Source: Candidatus Altiarchaeota archaeon
GTDB lineage: Archaea > Altiarchaeota > Altiarchaeia > IMC4 > SCGC-AAA252-I15
Reading direction: 5' to 3'
DNA: 39,292 bases
Assembly (NCBI GenBank): GCA_043804895.1
Contig: JAZDIN010000068.1
Span: 1-39,292, forward strand
The notes under the pieces were generated by a model that ran no database searches, was not told the DNA's origin, and was given only the letters and a program-made list of their open reading frames with translations. Both the position numbers and the translations under genes were made by a program. Below, one piece after another: positions 9,049 to 18,695 of this stretch; the first letter of the stretch is position 1, and each line of letters begins with the position of its first letter.

Positions 9049-10653
9049 ATGCAAGGCATTTCGAGGATTTTGTCGGTAGTTTTGATTGTCTCATTAGCGG
9101 TTTCGGCGGTTTCAGCCCAATTAGTCCTGAGGAACCTCGGCACTTTAAGCACTGTTTCGACCTCGACTTCCACAACAACCACTCTGAAGTTGAGCATGTT
9201 GTCCTCAGGGGTTTCGACGTTGACTGCCACAAAACCTACAACCACCACAGTAGCAAAGAGGTGTGAGGCTGTCACAAACCCGTCCTCCAACACATGCGAG
9301 GCCATTACATGCCCAGAGGGTTTGAAATGCACGTACAAGCCAGGCTCATCGAATACTGCAGCGGCATATATCCCCCCTAAGTGCGCGTGCGAAGGCGTGA
9401 CAACCACCACGCTGCCCGCTGAGGTGAGGTGTGAGGCAGTATCAGACGCTTCATCTAGAACCTGCATTGACAAACTCTGCCCACAGGACATGAAATGCAC
9501 GTACAAACCCGGCTCATCGAATACTGCGACAGCTTATTTCCCGGCGAAGTGCGTGTGCGAGGGCCCGGCCACGACGACCACTACGATACCCTCATACACA
9601 TGGTGTGAGGACATCAGCAACCCATCAGCCAGGATGTGCCTGCAGGGACTGTGTCCGCCAAATACAGTGTGCAGACTCAAGACCCAATCACAAAGCCCAG
9701 TAGCTTATCTGGCAGCGAACGCGGCTTCAGCCACGAGGTGCGCGTGCGTGCCATGCGAATGCGACACTACAACGACCACTCTGCCAGTTAGGTGCGAGGC
9801 AGTAGATAATGCGAACGCAAACACATGCGTGGCAGGATTATGCCCGGACGGCACACGCTGCGTTTTCAAGCCTGGAACGCAGGCTGCCAATTACATGGCT
9901 GCGGCGCCGGTAGGAGGCAAATGCATCTGCGAACCAGTTACCACGACAACCTTGCCAAACGAGGTGAAATGTGAGGCGGTGAAAATGCCTTCAGCCAACA
10001 CATGTGTGGAGGGACTGTGTCCGCCGGAGTACGACTGCAGGTACGTCAGCCTCGCGAGCGCCGCTAACGTGGCTGCATGCAGGTGCGTGCCGAGGGAGAC
10101 GACGACAACCACACTGCCCGGGCAGGTTAAATGTGAGGCAATGACAGGAGCTTCAGCCAACACCTGCGCGCAGGGACTCTGTCCGACAGACTACAAGTGC
10201 AGGTACGTGCAGTCGCCGACAGGAGCCAACGCAGGCTCATGCGAGTGCATACCGCCAACGACCACGACACTCCCAGGAGAGGTAAAGTGCGAGGCAATGG
10301 AAAAAGTCGACTCGGCAAAACAATGCGTTGATGGCCTGTGTCCGCCAGACCACAATTGCGTCTACGTCCCATACGCTGACACGAACATTGGGTACTGTAA
10401 GTGCGCCCTAGACACGACGACCACCACACTCAAGCCGGTAAGCTGCGAGGAGGTGGTGAATCCGAACGAGAAGAAATGCGTCGCAGGGAAATGCCCGGAC
10501 GATTACCTGTGCAGGTACCGGACCGACGACGCTGGAGTGGGAGTATGCAAGTGTGTGGAGAAGCCGGCCGCGCAGCAGGCGACTACGACAACGGTGAGGA
10601 AGGTTACGGGAGTCAGGGGCATGTTGGACACGATACTAGGCTGGTTCACTTAG
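9049..10653 (+). CDS. Secreted protein with eight 6-Cys repeats separated by poly-Thr linkers
   Basis: Signal peptide (AVSAVSA/Q); eight copies of C-x10/11-C-x4-C-x5-C-x11..22-C-x-C followed by a Thr run (usually TTTTLP); amphipathic C-terminus MLDTILGWFT. Confidence 0.85.
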   Translation: MQGISRILSVVLIVSLAVSAVSAQLVLRNLGTLSTVSTSTSTTTTLKLSMLSSGVSTLTATKPTTTTVAKRCEAVTNPSSNTCEAITCPEGLKCTYKPGSSNTAAAYIPPKCACEGVTTTTLPAEVRCEAVSDASSRTCIDKLCPQDMKCTYKPGSSNTATAYFPAKCVCEGPATTTTTIPSYTWCEDISNPSARMCLQGLCPPNTVCRLKTQSQSPVAYLAANAASATRCACVPCECDTTTTTLPVRCEAVDNANANTCVAGLCPDGTRCVFKPGTQAANYMAAAPVGGKCICEPVTTTTLPNEVKCEAVKMPSANTCVEGLCPPEYDCRYVSLASAANVAACRCVPRETTTTTLPGQVKCEAMTGASANTCAQGLCPTDYKCRYVQSPTGANAGSCECIPPTTTTLPGEVKCEAMEKVDSAKQCVDGLCPPDHNCVYVPYADTNIGYCKCALDTTTTTLKPVSCEEVVNPNEKKCVAGKCPDDYLCRYRTDDAGVGVCKCVEKPAAQQATTTTVRKVTGVRGMLDTILGWFT

Positions 10654-11191
10654 GCAATTCAATCCAGTGTTCGAACTCTCTGAGTTGGTCTTTCAGCTTG
10701 GAGGGCGTTGCTCTCCCGTAGTCTTGGAGCCATCCTGAGTCCTTGAACGAGTCAGGGATTGTGTCATCCGCTACCTTAGCCCTTTTCACGAATTCAGCCA
10801 GTCCCCTGCACCTTATTATCGAATACCTCGGCCGCATTACTCCGCTCCAGCTTGCCCACACCTTAAATACTGTGTCCGGGTATCTGCCGCCGCCGAGGTC
10901 TACTGCGAGAACGTCGCAGGATTTGGCGTGTTTGAGGACGAGACTTAGTGTGTCGAATCCGCGGGCGTCTCCCAAGACGAATATGACGTTGTTGTGTTTC
11001 AGAGAGTATTTCTCAAGCGCCCCAGCACAGTCCCTCCCCTTGTCGACCAACACGACTTTAGAGGCCTTCCCAACATACATGTCAGTGCTTCGGCCAACGT
11101 GGGGGCCGATTTCAACCACAACGTCGCCTTCGCGGACCGTCTCGGAGAGGAGGCGACGGTAACGGCCGACCTCGTAGGTGAGGGATATCAT
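10646..11191 (-). CDS. Class I SAM-dependent methyltransferase, substrate unknown
   Basis: Motif I VVEIGPHVGRST, acidic motif II VLVD, GDAR, LAVDLGGG. Confidence 0.75.
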   Translation of the reverse strand: MISLTYEVGRYRRLLSETVREGDVVVEIGPHVGRSTDMYVGKASKVVLVDKGRDCAGALEKYSLKHNNVIFVLGDARGFDTLSLVLKHAKSCDVLAVDLGGGRYPDTVFKVWASWSGVMRPRYSIIRCRGLAEFVKRAKVADDTIPDSFKDSGWLQDYGRATPSKLKDQLREFEHWIELPK

Positions 11192-11311
11192 CTAATACTC
11201 TAAAGTCGGGGGGGAATATAACTCTTGGACTGAAAAAATGGATTTTAAAGCAGTAATTCCAAGTATTTTGGGTAACGGGTGGCTGGTGTAGTTAAGATAT
11301 GAGGGAATTTA

Positions 11312-14300
11312 ATGCGTTTAACCCGTTTGGAGCTTAAGGGATTCAAGTCGTTCAGGGACAAGACCGTACTGGAGTTCCCTGACAAGTTCACAGGTATTGT
11401 CGGGCCGAACGGCTCAGGCAAGAGTAACATAACTGAGGCCATCTGCTTTGTCTTAGGCAAGTCTAGGGGGCTTAGGGCTGCTAACCTGCAGGAGCTGATT
11501 TTCAACGGAGGCATCGGAGGCTCGCCTGCTCCGAAGGCTGTTGTCGCGATCACGCTTGAGGATGACGGCGGAGTGAAGCACAGGATTATGCGCATCGCCG
11601 ACAGGGATGGGAGTTCTGTGTACAAGCTGGACGACAAGAGGGTGACGCGCCAGCAGATACTGGACCTTGCAGGCGACAACGAGTACAACATCATACTCCA
11701 GGATGACATAACAAAGGTCTTGGAGATGAAGCCGAAGGACAGAAGGAAGGTAATAGATGACCTCTGTGGCATAGGAGTCTACGATGAGAAGCGGGATAAG
11801 GCGTTGAGGGAGCTTGAGAAGGTGGAGGAGAGGATAGGACAGACCCACATAATATTAGGCGAGAAGCAGGGCTACATGCAGGAGCTGAAGAAGGAACGGG
11901 ATGAGGCCTTGAATTACACTAAGGTGCGTGATGAGCTTCGCGCCTCGAAGGCGACGCTCCTTTACAAAGATATCAACAGCATGGAGCGCCGCGAGGAGAA
12001 GATTGATGAGGAGACTGAGAAGCTGAAGAAGAGCCGCGAAGACAACCTTGTAAAGATTGCTGATACGAAGTCCGACATCCAGAAGAGGACTCTGAGGTTG
12101 AAGGAGATAAGCTCGGGGATAATCAGGCTGGAGGAGGAGAAGAGGGGCACGAGGATTGCTGAAACCAAGGGTGAGATACTGCGCTTCGAGGACAGGATGA
12201 AGCTGCAGACTGAGAAGCTTGAGGGCATACTGTCGGAGGAGAGGGACAATTCGATGGGCTTGGACGTGATTTCCAGGCAGGAGAAGGAGATGACGGCAGG
12301 CCTGAGCGGATTCGAAACCAAACACCACGATATGATGAGGGAGATAGAGTCGGAATCGAAGAGGGGGGTTGATATCACGCTCGAGAACGAGGTTGACGAA
12401 GTCAAGAACAAGATATACGAGGCACGTTCGACAATCAGGGCTCTGAAGGAGGTAAACGCCAAGAAAACCCTTGAGAAGACGACTCTTGAGAAGGAACGCG
12501 ACGAATTCGAGTCCAGGATAAAGGGATTCTCAGGCGAGGAACAGAATAGGATAAAGGATGTGGAGAAGCTGGCCTTGGAGTACGAGAAGTCCGTTTCCGA
12601 CGTCAGACAGTACGAGTCAGAGCACAATCGGATGGATAAGGAGGTCAGCGACGCGCAGCAGAGGCTCGAGGAGGAGAGGATACTCCTTTCGAAGAAGCAG
12701 AGTGAGATTCAGACGATAATGCGAACCTCAGGCGGACTCCAGCAGGCTGTGAAAGCCACCCTAGGGTTGAAGAAGGTGATACCAGGGATACACGGCCCAG
12801 TCATGCAGCTGGGGGAGGTCGCAGACAGCAGATACAACACAGCACTGCAGGTGGCTGCTGGGGGTAGGATGCAACACGTCGTTGTCGAATCTGTCAACGA
12901 CGCAGCCAAGTGCATAGAATACCTGAGGCAGAAGAAAATCGGAAGATGCACGTTCCTGCCCCTCGACAAGATAAACTACAAGGCTGAAGGTAAGCCGCCG
13001 AAGGAGGCCATCGGATTCGCCCGCGACTTCATCAAATACTCAAAGAAGTTCAGCAAAGTCTTCGAATACGTGTTCGGTGACACGATAATAGTCAAGGACA
13101 TCGAAGTTGCGAAGAGCATAGGGGTCGGTGAGTGGAGGATGGTCACACTCGACGGAGACCTCCTGGAACTCTCAGGCGCGATGACCGGCGGCCACATGCC
13201 AGAGAGATTTGAGATTACATTCAGCAACGTGGACGAGTTGGAAAAGGAGATGGCGAACGTTGAAGGGAGAGTCCAGAAACTAGCGGTTGAATATGATGAA
13301 CAGGTCAAAGCAAGGGGGAAACTCGAATCCACGCTCGCAACATTGAGGGAGAGGCTGAAGAGGAACAAGGACGCGTTGGACGCCACAAGCCTTGAGAAGA
13401 ACATCGCAACTGAAAGGCGCACTGGAATGAGGGACCGCCTGAACAGGGTGGTTGAGTCGTTAAGCTCGCTTGAGAAGGAGATTCAGGATAACGCGGTTGA
13501 AGCCACCAAACTGGAGAAGAACGTCGGCGCTGACGAGAAGAAGCTTAAGGACCTGGCGGAAAGGCGGCAAGGGGGGAAGACCCCTAAGATTGAAAGCCTC
13601 AAGGACTCCCTGAGGGAGGTGGAAGTAGAGAAGACGAAACTTGAGGAGAAGCTGGCGTACATGAGGCAGCAGGCTGCGACATACAAGGCGCGCATGAGGG
13701 AGCTTGCGCCAGTTAAGGACAGTCTAGGCAGCGAGATAAAGACCCTCCAGGATAACATCAGGAAGCTCAAGATAGGGTTGGAGGACCTTGAGAAGGCGCA
13801 CCAGTCAGTGGACGGGGAGATACAGAAGCTGGCTGATGAGAGGACAAATGTTGAGGAGAACATAACTGAGCTTTCCACAAGGATAGGGGAGATAGAGCAC
13901 GGGATGGAGGCGTCCAATCAAGAGATGAACGAGTTCATAATAGAGAAGGCGAAGATAAGCACGAGACTTGAAGACCTCAGGCGCGAATACGCAAAGTACG
14001 AGGGAGTGCAGCTGATAGAAAAGTCGGTGAAGGACCTGACAGACGCTGCAGAAAAGCTCGAGCAGCAGCTGACGTCCTTCGGCTCCGTGAACATGAGGGC
14101 GATAGAGACGTTCGAGGTCATAAAAAAGGAGTTCGAAGAGATAACGAACAAACTGGAGACCCTCAAGAAGGAGCGCCAGAGCATATTCGACTTCATGGAC
14201 AAGATAGAGGGTAAGAAGAGGGAGACGTTCATGGAGGCGTTCGAGAAGGTGAAAGCCCACTTCGAAAGGATTTACACGCAACTTGCTGACGGGAAAGGCA

Positions 14301-14746
14301 CGCTCACGCTCGACAACCCCATGAACATCTCGGAAAGCGGCCTAATGATAACCGCCTCACCCGGGGGGAAGAGGCTGATGTCACTTGATGCCATGAGCGG
14401 GGGGGAGAAAGTCCTCACCTCAACAGCATTCCTCCTTGGCATCCAACAGTACAAGCCGGCGTACTTCTACGTCGTCGACGAACTCGACGCAGCCCTTGAC
14501 AAGAAAAACTCAGTCAAACTGGCCGAGATGCTGGCGAAATCCTCAAGCCAGTTCCTGATGGTGACGCACAACAACAACATGCTCAAGTACATGGACTCCG
14601 CCATAGGGGTGTCCATGGTGCAGGGCGTAAGCCAGATTGTTGGGGTGAGGTTCGACGGGGGGCCGGTCCCCGCAGCCGAGGCGACAAGAGACAACGGGGG
14701 AATAGAAGGTGAAGAGGCGACAGACAACACAGGAAAAGCAGCCTAA
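11312..14746 (+). CDS. smc: Chromosome segregation protein SMC
   Basis: GFKSF, Walker A GPNGSGKSN, long coiled coils, hinge (GIHG...GRCTFLPL...VTLDG...GAMTGG), signature MSGGEK, Walker B/D-loop VDELDAALD. Confidence 0.97.
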   Translation: MRLTRLELKGFKSFRDKTVLEFPDKFTGIVGPNGSGKSNITEAICFVLGKSRGLRAANLQELIFNGGIGGSPAPKAVVAITLEDDGGVKHRIMRIADRDGSSVYKLDDKRVTRQQILDLAGDNEYNIILQDDITKVLEMKPKDRRKVIDDLCGIGVYDEKRDKALRELEKVEERIGQTHIILGEKQGYMQELKKERDEALNYTKVRDELRASKATLLYKDINSMERREEKIDEETEKLKKSREDNLVKIADTKSDIQKRTLRLKEISSGIIRLEEEKRGTRIAETKGEILRFEDRMKLQTEKLEGILSEERDNSMGLDVISRQEKEMTAGLSGFETKHHDMMREIESESKRGVDITLENEVDEVKNKIYEARSTIRALKEVNAKKTLEKTTLEKERDEFESRIKGFSGEEQNRIKDVEKLALEYEKSVSDVRQYESEHNRMDKEVSDAQQRLEEERILLSKKQSEIQTIMRTSGGLQQAVKATLGLKKVIPGIHGPVMQLGEVADSRYNTALQVAAGGRMQHVVVESVNDAAKCIEYLRQKKIGRCTFLPLDKINYKAEGKPPKEAIGFARDFIKYSKKFSKVFEYVFGDTIIVKDIEVAKSIGVGEWRMVTLDGDLLELSGAMTGGHMPERFEITFSNVDELEKEMANVEGRVQKLAVEYDEQVKARGKLESTLATLRERLKRNKDALDATSLEKNIATERRTGMRDRLNRVVESLSSLEKEIQDNAVEATKLEKNVGADEKKLKDLAERRQGGKTPKIESLKDSLREVEVEKTKLEEKLAYMRQQAATYKARMRELAPVKDSLGSEIKTLQDNIRKLKIGLEDLEKAHQSVDGEIQKLADERTNVEENITELSTRIGEIEHGMEASNQEMNEFIIEKAKISTRLEDLRREYAKYEGVQLIEKSVKDLTDAAEKLEQQLTSFGSVNMRAIETFEVIKKEFEEITNKLETLKKERQSIFDFMDKIEGKKRETFMEAFEKVKAHFERIYTQLADGKGTLTLDNPMNISESGLMITASPGGKRLMSLDAMSGGEKVLTSTAFLLGIQQYKPAYFYVVDELDAALDKKNSVKLAEMLAKSSSQFLMVTHNNNMLKYMDSAIGVSMVQGVSQIVGVRFDGGPVPAAEATRDNGGIEGEEATDNTGKAA

Positions 14747-14750
14747 CAGC

Positions 14751-14963
14751 CTAGGTCAGGAATTCATCTTTTGTCAATCCAGTATGACGTATTATGTTTA
14801 GCAATGTCCCCTTCCTAACAGGGTCATGCCTTGGGACTACGACAATTTTCTCATTCGATTCATGTTCAAGGATTATGTGACTTCCGCTCTGCCTGCGAAC
14901 TGAGTACCCATACGTCTCAAGAATCTTGATGATTTTCAGGTAGGATAACGACGGCGTTTTCAA
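14751..14963 (-). CDS. hicA: HicA-family mRNA interferase toxin
   Basis: 70 aa; YGY-x2-RRQSGSH, VVVPRH, KGTLLNII. Confidence 0.9.
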   Translation of the reverse strand: MKTPSLSYLKIIKILETYGYSVRRQSGSHIILEHESNEKIVVVPRHDPVRKGTLLNIIRHTGLTKDEFLT

Positions 14964-14969
14964 TGTGGA

Positions 14970-15185
14970 TCAAACGGCTACGGAGACTATAGAGGGTTTT
15001 GGTATGTCGCCAAAGTTCTTTCCCTTGTCCTTCAGGTGCTCAATGTATAGAGTTATGGCATCCCTTGCGTTCGCAAGAGCCTCCTCCTTTGTGTCGCCTT
15101 CGGTGAAACACCCTGGCAGGCCGAGGACCTGCACAGTATAGCCGCCTTCAACATCAGGCTCCAGCAACACCTTAAACTTGCGCAT
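14970..15185 (-). CDS. hicB: HicB-family antitoxin (short form lacking a DNA-binding domain)
   Basis: EGGYTV-x3-LPGCFTEGDTKEEALANARDAI. Confidence 0.9.
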   Translation of the reverse strand: MRKFKVLLEPDVEGGYTVQVLGLPGCFTEGDTKEEALANARDAITLYIEHLKDKGKNFGDIPKPSIVSVAV

Positions 15186-15233
15186 AAAAGAACATGGGAA
15201 AGGACAGTATAAAAATGTGGTGAGAGCAACGGA

Positions 15234-16433
15234 TTAGTTTTCGCATACTCCGTGCCTGCACAGTCCAGCGAAGAGTACGACGGCTACTACCGATGTCACT
15301 GCGCTGAAGATGAACGTCGCCCTCATGCCCATGAAGGTGACATCCCACAGTAGGCCTGCTATCACTCCGGCCGGTAGTGCAGCGAATCCTAATGCGCCCT
15401 GGTAGACGCCGAGTGCTGTGCCGCGCATGTCAGGCTTCGCAAGGTCTGCTATGTAAGCCCTCTGCACGGTCTCTGTTATGGCCATGAATATCCCGTAGGT
15501 GCAGAAGAATATGAGGAGACTCCAGTAGTCGTGGACTATGCCCACGCCCAACGCGGTGAGGCCGAACACTAGGTATCCTGCGCATATCATCGTCCTCCTG
15601 CCGATGCGGTCGGAGAGTCTGCCGACTGGTATCGCGAACGCGCCGTAGACTAGGTTGTAGAGCATGTAAGCGAGCGGAACCATTGCAAGCGGCATCAGAA
15701 GATCCTGGGCACGGAGTATGAAGAACGCGTAGTTGAACGCGCCGACAGAGAAGAGTATTGCGACGAGCAGGTTCACCTTATAGGCTCCGCCCAACGACTT
15801 GAAATCAGGCCGCCATCCCCTCTGAACCCTTATAGGATTCTCCTTCTCCTTGATGAAGAAGAGCACGAACACGGCCAACGCGGCAGGTATTATGGAGAGC
15901 ACGAACACGGCCCTGTAAGCTCCGGCAGTCCCGTACTTTAGAAGGAGGAGTGGCATCAGGAGGAATACTACCAGCGGGCCTATGAAAGCACCTATCTGGT
16001 CCATCATCTTCCTGTAGCCGTATGCTGAACCCCTGCTTTTATCATCGGTGTAGTCTGCTACCATCACATCCCTTGCGCTGCCGCGAACGCCCTTACCGAC
16101 GCGGTCGAGGAAGCGTATGATAAGGACGTGAGGCCAAAGGCTCGCCAGCGCGAAGAGAGGTTTCGTGATGCTTGAGAACGTGTACCCCCAGAAGACGAAC
16201 GGCTTCCTCCGTCCTATTTTGTCTGAGTACATGCCGGAGAGCATCTTCACGAAGTTCGAAGTAGCCTCGGCGACTCCTTCGATTAGGCCGACGACAGCAA
16301 CCGGCGCCCCCAAGACTGAGGTGACGAAAAGGGGTATGAGGGGGAATATCATCTCGCTTGAGGCGTCGGTGAGTAGGCTGACGACGCCAAGGAGTATGAC
16401 GTTGGCATTCATACCCTTAAGTGGGTTTCGCAT
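15234..16433 (-). CDS. MFS transporter
   Basis: ~12 TM helices; motif A twice (GMYSDKIGRRK, GRLSDRIGRR); start taken at ATG 16433 after GGTGA. Confidence 0.92.
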   Translation of the reverse strand: MRNPLKGMNANVILLGVVSLLTDASSEMIFPLIPLFVTSVLGAPVAVVGLIEGVAEATSNFVKMLSGMYSDKIGRRKPFVFWGYTFSSITKPLFALASLWPHVLIIRFLDRVGKGVRGSARDVMVADYTDDKSRGSAYGYRKMMDQIGAFIGPLVVFLLMPLLLLKYGTAGAYRAVFVLSIIPAALAVFVLFFIKEKENPIRVQRGWRPDFKSLGGAYKVNLLVAILFSVGAFNYAFFILRAQDLLMPLAMVPLAYMLYNLVYGAFAIPVGRLSDRIGRRTMICAGYLVFGLTALGVGIVHDYWSLLIFFCTYGIFMAITETVQRAYIADLAKPDMRGTALGVYQGALGFAALPAGVIAGLLWDVTFMGMRATFIFSAVTSVVAVVLFAGLCRHGVCEN

Positions 16434-16438
16434 CTTGT

Positions 16439-17089
16439 TCACCAACATTTGCCAAGGTAGCATCCGTTCGGGCAGGAGTGGAAGAGGGTGCTGTAGTAGA
16501 TGAATCTCTTCCCCTTATCGCAGAATCCCTCCTGAAGCTGAGACGGGTTCACGCAACTGTCAAGCCATAGCTTCTTCCCGTTCAATGAGATTTCACCACG
16601 GAGCCCATAACTTTTTCCGCCGTCCGAGTCGGTGCACACCACACCATTCCGTATCACCAATGTAGTGTTAGCAATCGTTGATGATGTTGTGGAACTGGTG
16701 GATACTGTGAAGACGGTAGTCGAGGTGGTTGTCGTGGAAGTAGCATTCGCTGCCACAAACACGTTAGTCCACGAAGTAGTATGCTGAGGTGTCAACGGTC
16801 TGCATACCCCACGGTAGCAGCCCCTCGGACACTGGAAGAACGTCGTCTTATAATGGGCCACCCTCCTCCTTGCCTCGCAGTAGCCCTCCTGAAGCTGGGA
16901 GGGAGTCACACATGAGTCAGTGTAGCGGGTCCTACCATCCGTTGTAATCATACCCCGGGCGTAATAATCCTCACCACCGTCCGAGTCAACACAAATCCCG
17001 GTGTTGTTGTACTGCCCGGTAACATGACTAGCAGATAATAGGATAAACGCAATAGTTACTCCAATCGCGGGGCCTGCTTTTTCCATCAC
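16439..17089 (-). CDS. Secreted protein with two CxDSDGG Cys-rich domains joined by a Thr/Ser linker
   Basis: Signal peptide; CVDSDGG...DSCVTPSQLQEGYC...CPRGCYRGVC and CTDSDGG...DSCVNPSQLQEGFC...CPNGCYLGKC. Confidence 0.8.
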   Translation of the reverse strand: MMEKAGPAIGVTIAFILLSASHVTGQYNNTGICVDSDGGEDYYARGMITTDGRTRYTDSCVTPSQLQEGYCEARRRVAHYKTTFFQCPRGCYRGVCRPLTPQHTTSWTNVFVAANATSTTTTSTTVFTVSTSSTTSSTIANTTLVIRNGVVCTDSDGGKSYGLRGEISLNGKKLWLDSCVNPSQLQEGFCDKGKRFIYYSTLFHSCPNGCYLGKCW

Positions 17090-17201
17090 AGAATCTTAGT
17101 ACCAAGGGGATAAAAATAGCAGGCATAAGCGCACTGGACGAGCTGGCCGTGGTCACTGCCTGCTCACAGTTTATTAGCGAGACTGCAAAAGTTTTAAGGA
17201 G

Positions 17202-17657
17202 ATGAATGTAGAGCGGGCGTCGATTGACGACGTTGAAGGCATACGCGACCTCATTGGGATACACGCTAAACAGAACAAGATGCTCTCCAGGAGCCTAAGC
17301 TACCTCTATGAGAACCTGCGCGAATATTCGGTCGTGAAAAAAGGCAAGAAGGTGATAGGCTGCTGCGCCTTACACATCAGCTGGAGGGACTTAGGAGAGG
17401 TGAAGAGCCTAGCAGTCCACCCGAAATACTCAGGTAAGGGTATAGGAAAGACGCTCCTCAAATCAGCAATCAAAGAGGCCGAACAGTTCGGAATCCCAAA
17501 GGTCTTCACACTCACCCTCGAGCCTGAATTCTTCATCAAACACGGATTCAAGAAGATTCAGAAGAACAAGCTGCCGATGAAAATCTGGGGCGAATGCATC
17601 CAATGCCCGAAATACCCCGACTGCGACGAAACAGCACTCGAATACAGGATCAAGTAG
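17202..17657 (+). CDS. GNAT N-acetyltransferase, short ArgA-like (amino-acid N-acetyltransferase) family
   Basis: MLSRS-x3-LYENLR, GCCALH, EVKSLAV, GKGIG, VFTLT-x3-EFF-x2-HGF, KIWGEC-x2-C-x5-CDE. Confidence 0.8.
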   Translation: MNVERASIDDVEGIRDLIGIHAKQNKMLSRSLSYLYENLREYSVVKKGKKVIGCCALHISWRDLGEVKSLAVHPKYSGKGIGKTLLKSAIKEAEQFGIPKVFTLTLEPEFFIKHGFKKIQKNKLPMKIWGECIQCPKYPDCDETALEYRIK

Positions 17658-18645
17658 ACTTTTTCGCCTTCTCTTGAGCGTGCCAGACGAAAGGAATATC
17701 AACGTCCCATTTGTTGTTCATCAGATGCTCCAGGTGAGCTGACATGTATGAGAGGTCCTCCACACACTTTAGTGGATCCCTAAATTTAATGCTTCTCTTC
17801 AGAAGGCCTGACAGAATGCCCCATCCCCCAACATGCTGCATCAGTTCATCCAAGGGCGCATTAATCCTAGCCTTTAAGGCCCTCAGTGCAATGGTTTTGG
17901 AAGGGCCTAAAGCATCCGTCCACTTTTGTTTCTGCGTCGTCCCAACCAGTATGAACCCCTTTAGAAGGTTCCCCTCCAAATCCATCTTTATCCTTTCTAT
18001 AAAATCCTCAGCGTAGGCTCTGCCCCCAGGAGTGTTTTTAACGTCGATCAGTATGTCGGCCATCTTCTCCTGGACTTCCACTGGGAGATGCTTAATGAAT
18101 GTGGTGTCTATCAGCTCCTTCTTCAGTTTAACGTCCCCCCTGACGGCCGCAGGCTTTATCTTAGGGAGATTAGCTGCGGGGATTCCTTCTTCGGGATTCT
18201 TGGATTCTGTTGGAAACTCCTTAAGTATCTTATCAAGTTCTTCCCTAACCGACGGCTTCAGCGGCCTTCGCTTAAGGTTATTTTTCACCAACTTCCCGGT
18301 CTTAGAGTCGGCGAAGAGGGGTTTCATAAGTTCCAACGTCCCTAAGGCCACGTCCTCCGGAGCCCTCTCAACGATGATGTACAGCGAAGAGAGTGCATCT
18401 TTCTTCAGGTATTCTGAACTGGACTCCTGCTGAACACGTATGATAGCCGCCACAGCCTTCAAGGCTAGCTCAGGCTTATTAGAGTCTTTGGCTATGAGAA
18501 ACAAACCGGAAAGGGCGGGCCTACTATGCATAGTATTTTTACTGTTGACTGCTAGACCACATAGCTTATCCACTTCATCGAGCCCTACTGATTTCAGGTC
18601 TACGCCGTCAAGCGGATCCACAGGTTGATATTCTTTTAGGCCCAT
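17650..18645 (-). CDS. Hypothetical helical protein (HEAT-like N-terminal half)
   Basis: 331-aa ORF filling the space between argA-like and HMG-CoA reductase genes; own TATA-like element; amphipathic helices. Confidence 0.65.
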   Translation of the reverse strand: MGLKEYQPVDPLDGVDLKSVGLDEVDKLCGLAVNSKNTMHSRPALSGLFLIAKDSNKPELALKAVAAIIRVQQESSSEYLKKDALSSLYIIVERAPEDVALGTLELMKPLFADSKTGKLVKNNLKRRPLKPSVREELDKILKEFPTESKNPEEGIPAANLPKIKPAAVRGDVKLKKELIDTTFIKHLPVEVQEKMADILIDVKNTPGGRAYAEDFIERIKMDLEGNLLKGFILVGTTQKQKWTDALGPSKTIALRALKARINAPLDELMQHVGGWGILSGLLKRSIKFRDPLKCVEDLSYMSAHLEHLMNNKWDVDIPFVWHAQEKAKKST

Positions 18646-18695
18646 TCTAACATTAGATATCAGGAATGCTTAGCTTAAAGCCTTTCTCCAGTAGT

